NCBI GenBank assembly: GCA_035519355.1
Contig: DATIWM010000232.1
Coordinates: 1 to 41,007 of the forward strand
Origin: Thermoanaerobaculia bacterium
GTDB taxonomy: Bacteria > Acidobacteriota > Thermoanaerobaculia > UBA5066
DNA length: 41,007 nucleotides
Direction of reading: 5' to 3'
Part shown: positions 7,535-16,540 of the stretch, piece by piece
Layout of the letters: each line of letters begins with the position of its first letter
Position numbering within the stretch: the first letter of the stretch is position 1
Notes under the pieces: generated by a model
Told to the model about the DNA's origin: nothing
What the model saw: only the letters and a program-made list of their open reading frames with translations
Database searches by the model: none
Program-made: the position numbers and the translations under genes

Positions 7535-10500
7535 GCCGCCTCCCCTCCGGCGAACGCCGCCGGGAGCGCGTCGGAGAGGGCCGGGCGTGACATCGACGCG
7601 AGAAGGCGCGCGGCCCGTGCGCAGACTTCCGTGCCGTGCGGCCGCGTGCCGGTGAACGCGCGCGGCAGGCGGAAGGCGTCCGGGCCGGCGGCGACGAGCT
7701 CTCCCTTCCGGAGGAGCGCGAGCACCCGCTCCGGGTCGAGCCGGTGCTCTTTCTCGAGGGTGGCGTGCATCTCGTCTCCGCGGCGCTGGAGGGCCTTCAC
7801 GCCCAGTGCCCGCGCGAACAAGCGTAACCGGGCCACGTCGAGGAGCCGGGAAAACTCCGGTGGCGGGACGCCGTACCGGTCCGCCGCCCCGGCCGCCTCG
7901 GCCTCCAGGGCTCCGGCGTCCGGCGCCGCCGCGATTCTCTTGTAGAGCGCCATCCGGAGGCTCTCGTCCGGAATCCACGAGGGCGGGAGCGCGAGCGGAA
8001 GGCCGAGCTGCAGCGTCACGTCGCGCGTCTCGCGAGCCGGTTCGCCCCGGAACTCCGCCATCGCCTCCTCGAGGAGCCGGACGTACGTCTCGAAACCGAC
8101 CGACTCGATGTGCCCCGACTGCTCGGCTCCGAGGAGCGAGCCCGCTCCGCGGATCTCCAGGTCCTTCGCCGCGATCCGGAATCCCGCACCGAGATCCGAG
8201 AACTCCTGCAGGACGCGGAGGCGCCGGCGCGCATCGTCGGAGAGCGGCGCACCCGGCGGGACGAGCAGCCAGCAGGAGGCGGGCTTGTCGCTTCGCCCGA
8301 CGCGCCCGCGGAGCTGGTAGAGCTGGGCCAGGCCGTAGAGATCGGCGCGATCGATGAGCATCGTGTTCGCCGAGGGGATGTCGAGCCCGTTCTCGACGAT
8401 CGTCGTGGCGAGGAGGAGATCCGCCGCGCGCGTCACGAAGGCCCGCATGGCCCGCTCCAGGGAGCCTTCCGACATCCGGCCGTGGGCGACCACCACCCGG
8501 GCATGCGGCGCCAGCTCCGCCAGCTTCTCGCGCCAGGCGCCGAGGCCGCCGATCCGGTTGTGGACGACGTAGACCTGGCCGCCCCGCTCGAGCTCGGCGG
8601 CGACGGCTTCCCGGACGACCTCGTCGCTCACGGGGACGACGTGCGTCGCGACGGCGAGCCGGTCCTTCGGCGGCGTTTCGATGACCGACAGCTCGCGGAT
8701 CCCCGCCAGCGACAGGTGGAGCGAGCGCGGGATCGGCGTGGCGGACATCGAGAGAACGTCGACCGACGTCCGCATCTCCTTGATCCGCTCCTTCTGCGCC
8801 ACGCCGAAGCGCTGCTCCTCGTCGACGACGAGGAGGCCGAGGTCGCGGAACGAAACGTCCTTCGACAGGATCCGGTGGGTTCCGACGACGACGTCGAGCG
8901 TCCCTTCCGAAAGGCGGCGGAGCACCCCGTCGATCTCGACGGACGAGCGGAAGCGCGAGAGGAGGTCGATCGTGACCGGAAACGCCGCGAAGCGGCGCTT
9001 CAACGTCCGGAAGTGCTGGTCGGCCAGGATCGTCGTCGGCGCGAGAAAGGCGGCCTGCTTTCCGTCGAGGACGCACTTGAAGACCGCCCGCATGGCGACC
9101 TCGGTCTTGCCGTAGCCGACGTCCCCGCAGAGGAGGCGGTCCATCGGCCGCTCCGATTCCATGTCGCGCTTCACGTCGCGGATCGCCACCGCCTGGTCCG
9201 GCGTCTCGGTGAACTCGAAGGCGTCCTCGAACTCCTTCTGCCACGGCGAGTCCTTCGAGAAGGCGTGCCCGGCCGCGGCGGCGCGCTGCGCGTAGAGCTT
9301 CACGAGCTGGTCGGCCAGATCGCGGACGGCCTTGCGCACCCTCGACGTCCGCTTCGCCCAGCCGGTCCCTCCGAGACGGTCGAGGGGCGGCGGCGCGCCG
9401 TCGCCGGCCGCGGAGTACTTCTGGATCAGGTCGAGCCGCTCGACCGGGACGAGGAGCTTCGCCTCCCCGGCGTAGCGGAGGTCGACCATCTCGCGCGCCG
9501 CGCCGGCATCGTCGATCGTGACGAGGCCAGCGAACTTCCCGAGTCCGTAGTCGCGGTGGACGACGACGTCGCCCGGCTTCAGGTCGCGGAGGTCCGAGAG
9601 GAACGCCTCGGAGGCCGACTTCCGCTTCGGGGCCCACGCGCGCGGCTCGCCGAAGAGGTCGATGACGGTCAGGACGAGCAGCCCGGCGGCGCGGAACGTG
9701 AAGCCGGACGCCGGCCCGCCGTCCATGACGCGGCACGAGCCGGGCGCGAGGGGCGAGGTCGCCTCGCCGGCGTGGTCCACGTCGTACTCCGCAAGGAGCC
9801 GCTCGAGGTGTTCGCGCTCCCCCTTCGAGGGCGCCGCGAGGACCACGGCGAGGCCGTCCCGGCGGGCGCGGGAGATCTCCTTCGGAGCGTCGGGGAGGCG
9901 GTCCTCGAACGACAGGACCGACTCGGCGCCGAGCGCGACGATCTCTCCGCCCGGGACGGCGGGCGCGAGGGCGAGCAGCGTCCCGGCCGCCACCCGGGCC
10001 GCCACGGCCCCCGGGTCGCCGGCGAGACGGATCGGGTCGGGCGCCACTTTCCCCGACGCCCGCGCCTTTTCGTAGTCGAGCCGGAGGAGGTCGGCGGCGG
10101 CCGACAGTTCCTGCGCGACGGCGTCGGGGTCGTCCACCGCGAGGACGAAGGCGTCCGCATGGTCGAGAACGTGCGATGCGGGGGCACCGCCGGACAGTAG
10201 GGGCAGCAGCTCCTCCAGCCCGTCGCTCTTCCGGGCGAGCGAGGGATCGCGCGGCACCGGCGGCTCGTCGTCCGCCGTCCGGCAGTCGTCGAGGACCCGC
10301 CGGGCCGCCTCCCGCGTCTCCCCGGTGTCGGGCGTCGACGCCATCGGCGGGAGGAGGACGGTCTCGAGCGTTCCCGTCGACCGCTGCGTGTCGGGGTCGA
10401 AGCTCCGGAGCGACGCCACCCGCTCGCCGTCGAACTCGATCCGGACGGGCTCGCCGAGGTGCGGCGGATAGACGTCGACGAGGCCGCCGCGGACCGCCAC

Positions 10501-11046
10501 GTCGCCGCACTCGGTCACGAGGTCCGCACGGACGTATCCCTCGGTCAGGAGCGGCGCGACGAGCCGCGCCGGCGCGCCGCCGTCGCCCGGCGCGAGCCGG
10601 AGGCAGCGACGGGCGAAGTCGTCCGGGGACGGGAGGATCCGGAAGAGGGCCTGCGCGGGGACGATGAGGAGGTCGGGTTCCCGAAGCCTGAGACGGGCGA
10701 GCGCGCCGAACTCCTCGCGTCGCACCTTCAGAGACGGCGCGATCCCCTGATAGGGCGTCAGGGACGGAGCGGGAAAGAACGCCACGCGCGGCAGGCCGAG
10801 AACCGCCTCGGCGTCGCGCCGGAAGGCGAGGGCGTCCCGCTCGTGGGCGAAGACGACGGTGAACCGGAGGCCGGCTGCGGCGCCGGCGGTCTCGAGGAGG
10901 TACGGCAGGAGCCCCGGAGGGGCCCCGACGAGCGACACGAGTCCCGCCCGCGTCCCGAGGACCCCCTCCTCGAGCCGCGCCGCGAGGCGCGCCACCGGCT
11001 CCGCGGCGGCGATCGCGTGAAGAAGCGGATCTCCCCGCCGCTGCAC
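7531..11046 (-). CDS. mfd: Transcription-repair coupling factor Mfd
   Basis: 1171 aa with GTG start. It has a CarD/TRCF RNAP-interacting segment (GDVVVHRDYGLGKF). Superfamily-2 helicase motifs are present (LLCGDVGYGKTEVA, VVDEEQRFGV, SATPIPRSL, QLRGRVGRS), followed by a C-terminal TRCF domain. Confidence 0.95.
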   Translation of the reverse strand: MQRRGDPLLHAIAAAEPVARLAARLEEGVLGTRAGLVSLVGAPPGLLPYLLETAGAAAGLRFTVVFAHERDALAFRRDAEAVLGLPRVAFFPAPSLTPYQGIAPSLKVRREEFGALARLRLREPDLLIVPAQALFRILPSPDDFARRCLRLAPGDGGAPARLVAPLLTEGYVRADLVTECGDVAVRGGLVDVYPPHLGEPVRIEFDGERVASLRSFDPDTQRSTGTLETVLLPPMASTPDTGETREAARRVLDDCRTADDEPPVPRDPSLARKSDGLEELLPLLSGGAPASHVLDHADAFVLAVDDPDAVAQELSAAADLLRLDYEKARASGKVAPDPIRLAGDPGAVAARVAAGTLLALAPAVPGGEIVALGAESVLSFEDRLPDAPKEISRARRDGLAVVLAAPSKGEREHLERLLAEYDVDHAGEATSPLAPGSCRVMDGGPASGFTFRAAGLLVLTVIDLFGEPRAWAPKRKSASEAFLSDLRDLKPGDVVVHRDYGLGKFAGLVTIDDAGAAREMVDLRYAGEAKLLVPVERLDLIQKYSAAGDGAPPPLDRLGGTGWAKRTSRVRKAVRDLADQLVKLYAQRAAAAGHAFSKDSPWQKEFEDAFEFTETPDQAVAIRDVKRDMESERPMDRLLCGDVGYGKTEVAMRAVFKCVLDGKQAAFLAPTTILADQHFRTLKRRFAAFPVTIDLLSRFRSSVEIDGVLRRLSEGTLDVVVGTHRILSKDVSFRDLGLLVVDEEQRFGVAQKERIKEMRTSVDVLSMSATPIPRSLHLSLAGIRELSVIETPPKDRLAVATHVVPVSDEVVREAVAAELERGGQVYVVHNRIGGLGAWREKLAELAPHARVVVAHGRMSEGSLERAMRAFVTRAADLLLATTIVENGLDIPSANTMLIDRADLYGLAQLYQLRGRVGRSDKPASCWLLVPPGAPLSDDARRRLRVLQEFSDLGAGFRIAAKDLEIRGAGSLLGAEQSGHIESVGFETYVRLLEEAMAEFRGEPARETRDVTLQLGLPLALPPSWIPDESLRMALYKRIAAAPDAGALEAEAAGAADRYGVPPPEFSRLLDVARLRLFARALGVKALQRRGDEMHATLEKEHRLDPERVLALLRKGELVAAGPDAFRLPRAFTGTRPHGTEVCARAARLLASMSRPALSDALPAAFAGGEAA

Positions 11047-11096
11047 GGGGGGATTATGAACGGCAGCGCTAGACTTCCGCCCGCCCGGACTTCGCC

Positions 11097-11642
11097 ATGA
11101 GACGCCCTCTCCTTCCGGCTCTCGCTGCTCTCCTCGTTCCGGCTCTGCCTTCTTCGGCCGCCGCGGCGGGATGCGCTTACGACTCGATGCTCGCGGGCGA
11201 CGGCGTGACCGTCCACGTGACGGTGCCTCCGAAGGAGGCGTGTTCGATCGGGACCTATACGGTCAGGATCGCGAGGAAGGGAACGAAGCCCCAGGCCGTC
11301 TCCCTCAAACGCGACGGGACGATCACGGACGTCTTCTTCGAGGACGTCACGGGCGACGGCCGCCGCGACCTCGTCGTCTTCGTCTCGTCGGCCGGGAGCG
11401 GCGCGTACGGCCGCCTCGACATCTGGGAGTGGAACGGCGACCGCTTCAGGGGAGGGATCGTGGCCGACCTGATGCCCGGCCAGCGCGACGGCTATCGCGG
11501 GCATGACGATTACCGGGCCGCCGGCGGCGTTCTCCGCCGGCGTTTCCCCGTCTACCGGGAGGGCGACGCCAGCTGCTGCCCGTCGGGAGGGACGGCGGCC
11601 TTCCGCTGGGACGCGAAGACAAACGTCTGGGTCCGCGAGTAG
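11097..11642 (+). CDS. Secreted/lipoprotein-like hypothetical protein with FG-GAP/VCBS-like motif
   Basis: ATG start and signal peptide (LLPALAALLVPALPSSAAAAGC). It carries the motif DVTGDGRRDLVVF and a C-terminal GDASCCPSGG motif. I recognise no family with confidence. Confidence 0.6.
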   Translation: MRRPLLPALAALLVPALPSSAAAAGCAYDSMLAGDGVTVHVTVPPKEACSIGTYTVRIARKGTKPQAVSLKRDGTITDVFFEDVTGDGRRDLVVFVSSAGSGAYGRLDIWEWNGDRFRGGIVADLMPGQRDGYRGHDDYRAAGGVLRRRFPVYREGDASCCPSGGTAAFRWDAKTNVWVRE

Positions 11643-11661
11643 GCGGACCGGGAGAACTTCG

Positions 11662-12243
11662 ATGCCCGAAGAGCCCGAAGTCGAAACGGAAAAGCTCCAC
11701 GAAGCGATCCACGAGGAACTGGAAAAGGAGGGGGGGCGCCTCCTCCGGAGAATCGCCCTGACGACGGCGCTCCTCGCCGCGTTGGCGGCGATCGCCTCTC
11801 TCCGCGCCGGCGCGACCGTCAACCAGGCGCTCGTCCTGAAGACCGAGGCGACGCGCCTCCAGGCCGAAGCGTCGGACCAGTGGGCCTTCTACCAGGCCAA
11901 GGGGATCAAGGCCTCCGTTCAGGAGGCTTCCGCGACGCCCTGGTCCGCCGCCGGCAAGGAACCGCCGGCGAAGTTCGCCGAGGAGCGGGAGCGTTACCGG
12001 CAGGAACAGGCCGAGATCAAGAAGAAAGCCGAGGAGAAGGAGCGGGAGCGCGACGCGAAGGAAAGGGAAGCCGAGCACCTCCTCCACACCCACCACGGCT
12101 TCGCGAATGCGGTCGCCCTGTTCCAGGTCTCGATCGCCCTCGGCGCCGTCGCCGCCCTCACGCGGAACCGGCCCATCTGGTTCGGCTCTCTCGCTCTCGG
12201 CGCCGCCGGCCTCGTCGTTTTCGCGACCGCCCTGTTCGCCTGA
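11662..12243 (+). CDS. DUF4337-like membrane protein
   Basis: Track ORF 11503..12243 trimmed to the ATG at 11662, with GGAGA about 6 nt upstream. The upstream extension overlaps the previous gene. The protein has an acidic N-terminus, a TM helix (IALTTALLAALAAIASL), a charged helical region (EERERYRQEQAEIKKKAEEKERERDAKEREAE) and two C-terminal TM helices. The DUF4337 (PF14235) assignment is from memory. Confidence 0.6.
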   Translation: MPEEPEVETEKLHEAIHEELEKEGGRLLRRIALTTALLAALAAIASLRAGATVNQALVLKTEATRLQAEASDQWAFYQAKGIKASVQEASATPWSAAGKEPPAKFAEERERYRQEQAEIKKKAEEKERERDAKEREAEHLLHTHHGFANAVALFQVSIALGAVAALTRNRPIWFGSLALGAAGLVVFATALFA

Positions 12244-12258
12244 GCGCCGGCGCCCCCC

Positions 12259-15200
12259 TCAGGGAAGCGTCACGATGGCGACGCCCCCTTCCCTGACGGC
12301 AAAGCTCTGCTGGGAGCCTCCGGTGACGGCGAGGATGTAGCTTCCGGGGGCGAGGTTGTTGATCTGGCGGACCGGTGTCGAGACGGCGAAGGTCCCGCCC
12401 GCACTGAAGAGATTGAGGGGATACGGCACTCCCGCGGACGTCACGATCTGCATCTGGGCGGTACCGGCCGCGAGTGTCTTCGGCCCGGAGTGGATCTCCA
12501 CGCTCCCGCCCGGCGTCAGCGAGACCGTGACGGAGGCCGACGGGACGGTGATCCCCGGGATCGTCGCGACCGCGTAGCCGCTCGCGCTCGCCATCAGCGT
12601 GTAGTTCCCGGGCGGGAGCGACGGGATCTCGCCGAGTCCGTTTCCGTCGAGCGTGATCGACCCGGTGAAGACGGGGGCATGATTCCCGTCGAGAACCCGG
12701 GCCATCAGCCCGTGAAGCGGAACACCGAAGACGCCGTCCCGGCCGATGACGCCGATCCCCTGGCCGCGGCTCATCTGGAGGGTGAGCGCGTCCGTCCCCT
12801 GCTCGGCCGCCGTGATGCTCTGCTTGCTGAAGACGTAGTCCTGCAACTGGATGTTCACGGTGTAGCTGACGGGGTCGAGGTCGGTGATCAGGAACGCCCC
12901 GTTGCTGTCGGTGGTCGCCGATGGGGCGATGCGCCCTCCGGCGGAGGCCGCGTTCGGGTCGGAGGGCGCGATCCGGACGACGGCATTCGGGAGCGGCATC
13001 GAGGCCTGCGCGTCCACGACCGTCCCTCCGAGCTTCGCCGACGGGAACGTGATGTCGACGTTCTGGTCCCCCGACATCGTCACCTGCTGGCTTCTCGTCG
13101 ACCCGCCGAGGACGTTCGCCATGGCCATGATGTTGTAGGTCCCCGCCGTCAGCCCTTCCATCTGGTACGCGCCGCCGCCGTCCGTCTGCGAAGAGGCCTG
13201 CCGCCCGCCGCCGCCAATCAGGTTCGCGACGACCGTAACGCCCGGAAGGGGCTGCCCGCCGCGGGCGACATGCCCCGAAAGGGCGTAGCCGCTGTCGAAG
13301 ACGATCTCCGTCTGAACGACCGGCTGGCCGTCGGGCATCTCGACCTGCTTGAGGACGCTGCGGGATGAGGTGGCGACGTTCCCGGTCGTCGCGCGGAGCG
13401 TGGCGGTCCCGGGCGGAACGCCGGAGAACTGGAAGCTCCCGTCCGCGGCGGTCCGCGTCGTGGCGCTGAAACTGTCGGCGCCGCTGGCCGTGACCGTCAT
13501 CCCGCTCCTCAGGGAATCGGGGATGCCGGACACGACCCCTTGCAGGGTCGCGCCGGTCGCGATCTGGAGGACGGCGTCGTCCCGCGACTGGCCATCCTGA
13601 AGGACGATCGTCTGCGTCGCGCTGGTCCGGCTCTGGACCGACGCGACGAGGTTGTACCGCCCCGACGCGAGGTGGTCGAACCGGAAGCGACCGGATCCGT
13701 CCGATACGGCCGACTGCCCGCCGCCGAGCATCCCGCGGCCGAAGCCGGCATCGCCCGCCGACTGGAGGGAGACGCTGGCCCCCGGGAGGGGCTGCTGCGC
13801 GTCGGAGAGGACCAGGCCGCCGAGGGCGCTCCCCGGCGTCAGCCTGATCTCGGCGGTGGCCGTCCCTTCCTTCACGTCGACCGTCTGGGTCGCGTCGGAA
13901 TAGTCGGGGTGCTTCACGGTCAGCGAGACCTTTCCGGGGGCGAGACCGTCGAGTTGAAACGCCCCGTCGGCATCGGTCGTCGTCTCCTCGTCGCTCGCGG
14001 CGTTGGCGAGAGCGGCGAGCGGACCGCCTCCGCGGCCCGTGCCGGCCGTGCCGTGCGTCACCGCGGCATTCGGGACGGGACCGCCGGAGATCGCGTCGAG
14101 AACGCGCCCTTTGAGCGCGCTCCCGAGGGAGGCCTTCACCTCGACGTCGCGGACGGTGGCTCCCTCCTCGACGACGACGTTTCCCGCGCGGGCGGGCTGG
14201 TACCCCTTCGCCTCGACGACGACGGACCAGGTCCCGGGCGGGACGTCGTCGAGCTGGAACGTTCCGTCCTCTGACCGGACCTCGGTCTTCTCTCCCATCC
14301 CGGTGAGGCGCTGCCCCGCCACCCGGTTCACGATCCGGAAGGCGCCTCCGCCGCCCGTCCGCTCCGGCTCGAAGGAGACGGCGTAATCGAGAAGCGGCTG
14401 TCCCGACTGCGCGTCGACGGCGCGCCCGGAGATCCGCCCCGCTGCCGCGACCACGACTTCGACCCCGTCGGCGGGCGGGACGACGCCCTTTCGCGACGGG
14501 CCGATCCCCGGCCCTCCGAAGAGCTGGAGGTCGTACGGCTGCCCCGGCTTGAGCCCCTCGAGGATGAAGAGGCCGTCCGGGCCCGTCGGGTTCATGTTGC
14601 CGCGCGCCCGCGGTCCGATCGCCGACGTTCCGGCCTCGCTGGCGAGAACCGACCACCCGCCGGCCGGCGTGCCGCTCCGCAGCCTGACGAGGCCCGTGAT
14701 CGCCGCGCCCGGCCCGAGCGTGACGGCGAGCGGTTCCGGCGAGCCGCTCTCGGGCACTTTTACGGGGTCGATCCGTTCGGTGGCATATCCGCTCTTCTTG
14801 ATCCAGAGCGTGTAGTCGCCCGGGGAGAAGCCGCGGGCCTCGAAGCGGCCGTCCGCGCCGGTCCTCACGGCCGGGCGCCCGCGCGTCCCGCCGGAGCCCG
14901 GGAAGCCGCCGATCTGGGCGGCCGCGCCGCCGCGTCCTCCGCGGAAGTTCATTCCCTGCTGGACATCGGCCTCGGCCCCCTCCACGGGATTTCCGTCCTT
15001 GTCCCGGACGACACCGGCGATGACCGCCCCCCGATGAAGAACGACGGCCACGCTGGCAGCCGTCTGTCCGGGAAGGAGGTTGATCCCGCCCACCGTCGAC
15101 GCCGCGTATTCGGGATGACTGACGAGGAGCCGCTGGTTCTCGCTCGGCGCGAGGCGCGACGCCCGAAACGTCCCGTCAGCGGCCGTCCGGAACGCGGGGG

Positions 15201-16470
15201 CGGCTCCTCCCGTCCGGGCCTGGCGCAAGAGCGCCGCGATGCCGGTCAGAGTGGCCGGCGCGAGCGCTCCCTGCGCGCCCGCGACGGGCTGTCCGTTCTC
15301 GTCCGTCACGCGTCCGGCCAGCGTGGCGCCGGGGACGAGCGGGGCGTCCAGCTTCTTCGCTTCGCCGAAGGCGATTTCGATGTTCTTCCGCATGAGGACG
15401 AATCGCGGCTCGTCGGCCTGAAAGCTCCATGCGCCCGGAGAGACCGACGCGAGGACGTACCGGCCATCCGGGCCGGAGCGGACCGTCAGCCGCCGGGCTT
15501 CCCGGCCGATGCTCACCCTGGCGCGCGGGACCGCCCGGAGCGTCTTCGCGTCGACGACGCGCCCTTCCAGCGAGGCCGGCCGCCCGAGCGGGACGGCGAC
15601 GCTTCTTCCTTCCGGGAGCGGGAGCACGAGACCGGTCACCTCGCCGAATCCCGCCTCTCCGGCGTCGGCCACGAGGCGGCCCTTTCCCTCCGGGGCATCC
15701 GGAATCGTGAAGGTCCCGTCCGGGCTGGTTACGACCCATCGGCTCTCGATGCGTCCTTCGAAGCGGACGACGGCTTCCGCGGCGCTCTTCCCGGGCACCG
15801 GCTTCACGGTGCCGGAGACGGCGACCCCGGGTGCGAGGACGACCGGCTCCCGAAGGGCGCCCGCCTTCGTCAGGGTCTCCGCGAAGGGCGCGTACCCGTT
15901 CTTTTCGACCCGGAGGAGGTTCGTCCCCTGGCTTCCCGCCGCGCCGCCGAGGCGGAAGGTGCCGTCCGCTTCCGTCATCGCCCGGGCCGGTGCGGCACCG
16001 AGATCCGGGTCCCCCGGCGTCGTCGCGAGGAGCGTGACCTCCGCTCCCGCCACCGGCTGCCCCTGCCGGTCGAGAACCGTCCCGGCCAACGGCTCGCCTA
16101 CCGCGAGGACGTGCTCGCCGAGATCGGCCGTCTCCGAAGCCTCGAAGACGCCATCGAACTCCACCGCTCGGACGCCGCCGCCCGCCGCACGGACGAGGAA
16201 AGTCCCCGGTGTTCCCCCGGGAACGGCCAGCGCGAACCGCCCGTCGGATCCGACCGTCGTGCTGGCGACCGGCTTGGGCTCCCCGCCCCCCCGGGCCTGC
16301 CGCCGGGCGGTGTCGAGAGGCGATTCGTAAGGGATGGCATAGACCGGGACTCCCGACGCCGGCTTCTGGTCGAGGACAAGACGCCCCCGGATTTCGCCGG
16401 CCAGGGCGGGAATTGCGGGCGGGACGAAGAAGACGACGAGCAGCGGAAGAGCGAAGCGGCGGACCGGCAT
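12259..16470 (-). CDS. Giant secreted protein (1403 aa) of about 14-15 tandem carboxypeptidase-regulatory-like (CarboxypepD_reg, Ig-like beta-sandwich) domains
   Basis: Track ORF 12259..16833 trimmed to the ATG at 16470 (MPVRRFALPLLVVFFVPPAIPALAGE, a signal peptide) with GGAGGGG about 12 nt upstream. The extension would overlap the divergent gene at 16541. The module start G-x-V-x-D-x-x-G-x-P-x-x-G-A-x-V recurs, for example LAGTVLDRQGQPVAGAEVTL, LAGRVTDENGQPVAGAQ, IAGVVRDKDGNPVEGAE, ISGRAVDAQSGQPLLDYAVS, LKGRVLDAISGGPVPNAAV and LGGTVVDAQASMPLPNAVV. No TonB-receptor barrel or catalytic domain is visible. Confidence 0.85.
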   Translation of the reverse strand: MPVRRFALPLLVVFFVPPAIPALAGEIRGRLVLDQKPASGVPVYAIPYESPLDTARRQARGGGEPKPVASTTVGSDGRFALAVPGGTPGTFLVRAAGGGVRAVEFDGVFEASETADLGEHVLAVGEPLAGTVLDRQGQPVAGAEVTLLATTPGDPDLGAAPARAMTEADGTFRLGGAAGSQGTNLLRVEKNGYAPFAETLTKAGALREPVVLAPGVAVSGTVKPVPGKSAAEAVVRFEGRIESRWVVTSPDGTFTIPDAPEGKGRLVADAGEAGFGEVTGLVLPLPEGRSVAVPLGRPASLEGRVVDAKTLRAVPRARVSIGREARRLTVRSGPDGRYVLASVSPGAWSFQADEPRFVLMRKNIEIAFGEAKKLDAPLVPGATLAGRVTDENGQPVAGAQGALAPATLTGIAALLRQARTGGAAPAFRTAADGTFRASRLAPSENQRLLVSHPEYAASTVGGINLLPGQTAASVAVVLHRGAVIAGVVRDKDGNPVEGAEADVQQGMNFRGGRGGAAAQIGGFPGSGGTRGRPAVRTGADGRFEARGFSPGDYTLWIKKSGYATERIDPVKVPESGSPEPLAVTLGPGAAITGLVRLRSGTPAGGWSVLASEAGTSAIGPRARGNMNPTGPDGLFILEGLKPGQPYDLQLFGGPGIGPSRKGVVPPADGVEVVVAAAGRISGRAVDAQSGQPLLDYAVSFEPERTGGGGAFRIVNRVAGQRLTGMGEKTEVRSEDGTFQLDDVPPGTWSVVVEAKGYQPARAGNVVVEEGATVRDVEVKASLGSALKGRVLDAISGGPVPNAAVTHGTAGTGRGGGPLAALANAASDEETTTDADGAFQLDGLAPGKVSLTVKHPDYSDATQTVDVKEGTATAEIRLTPGSALGGLVLSDAQQPLPGASVSLQSAGDAGFGRGMLGGGQSAVSDGSGRFRFDHLASGRYNLVASVQSRTSATQTIVLQDGQSRDDAVLQIATGATLQGVVSGIPDSLRSGMTVTASGADSFSATTRTAADGSFQFSGVPPGTATLRATTGNVATSSRSVLKQVEMPDGQPVVQTEIVFDSGYALSGHVARGGQPLPGVTVVANLIGGGGRQASSQTDGGGAYQMEGLTAGTYNIMAMANVLGGSTRSQQVTMSGDQNVDITFPSAKLGGTVVDAQASMPLPNAVVRIAPSDPNAASAGGRIAPSATTDSNGAFLITDLDPVSYTVNIQLQDYVFSKQSITAAEQGTDALTLQMSRGQGIGVIGRDGVFGVPLHGLMARVLDGNHAPVFTGSITLDGNGLGEIPSLPPGNYTLMASASGYAVATIPGITVPSASVTVSLTPGGSVEIHSGPKTLAAGTAQMQIVTSAGVPYPLNLFSAGGTFAVSTPVRQINNLAPGSYILAVTGGSQQSFAVREGGVAIVTLP

Positions 16471-16540
16471 CACGGGAGAACCCCTCCGTAGGAAGTATGG
16501 ACGCGGCAACCCGCCCGAAGGTTGCGGTCTAATCGCCGGG

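Noticed and set aside
7535-10510. Upstream 990 codons of the 1279-aa minus ORF 6671..10510
   Set aside because: It overlaps mfd in another frame and is Arg/Pro/Gly-rich. Only the last 288 codons (from GTG 7534, with SD and signal peptide) look like a real protein, the parvulin PPIase.
12244-12253. Self-complementary GCGCCGGCGC between the convergent genes ending at 12243 and 12259
   Set aside because: A 10-nt perfect palindrome with no loop and no U-tract is not a credible intrinsic terminator. It is expected by chance in GC-rich DNA.
12158-14656. 832-aa minus-strand ORF in an alternative frame of the giant repeat gene, plus the many 60-300-aa ORFs inside it
   Set aside because: These are out-of-frame overlaps with a gene showing strong repeated-domain signal. 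The products are Arg/Gly/Pro-rich.
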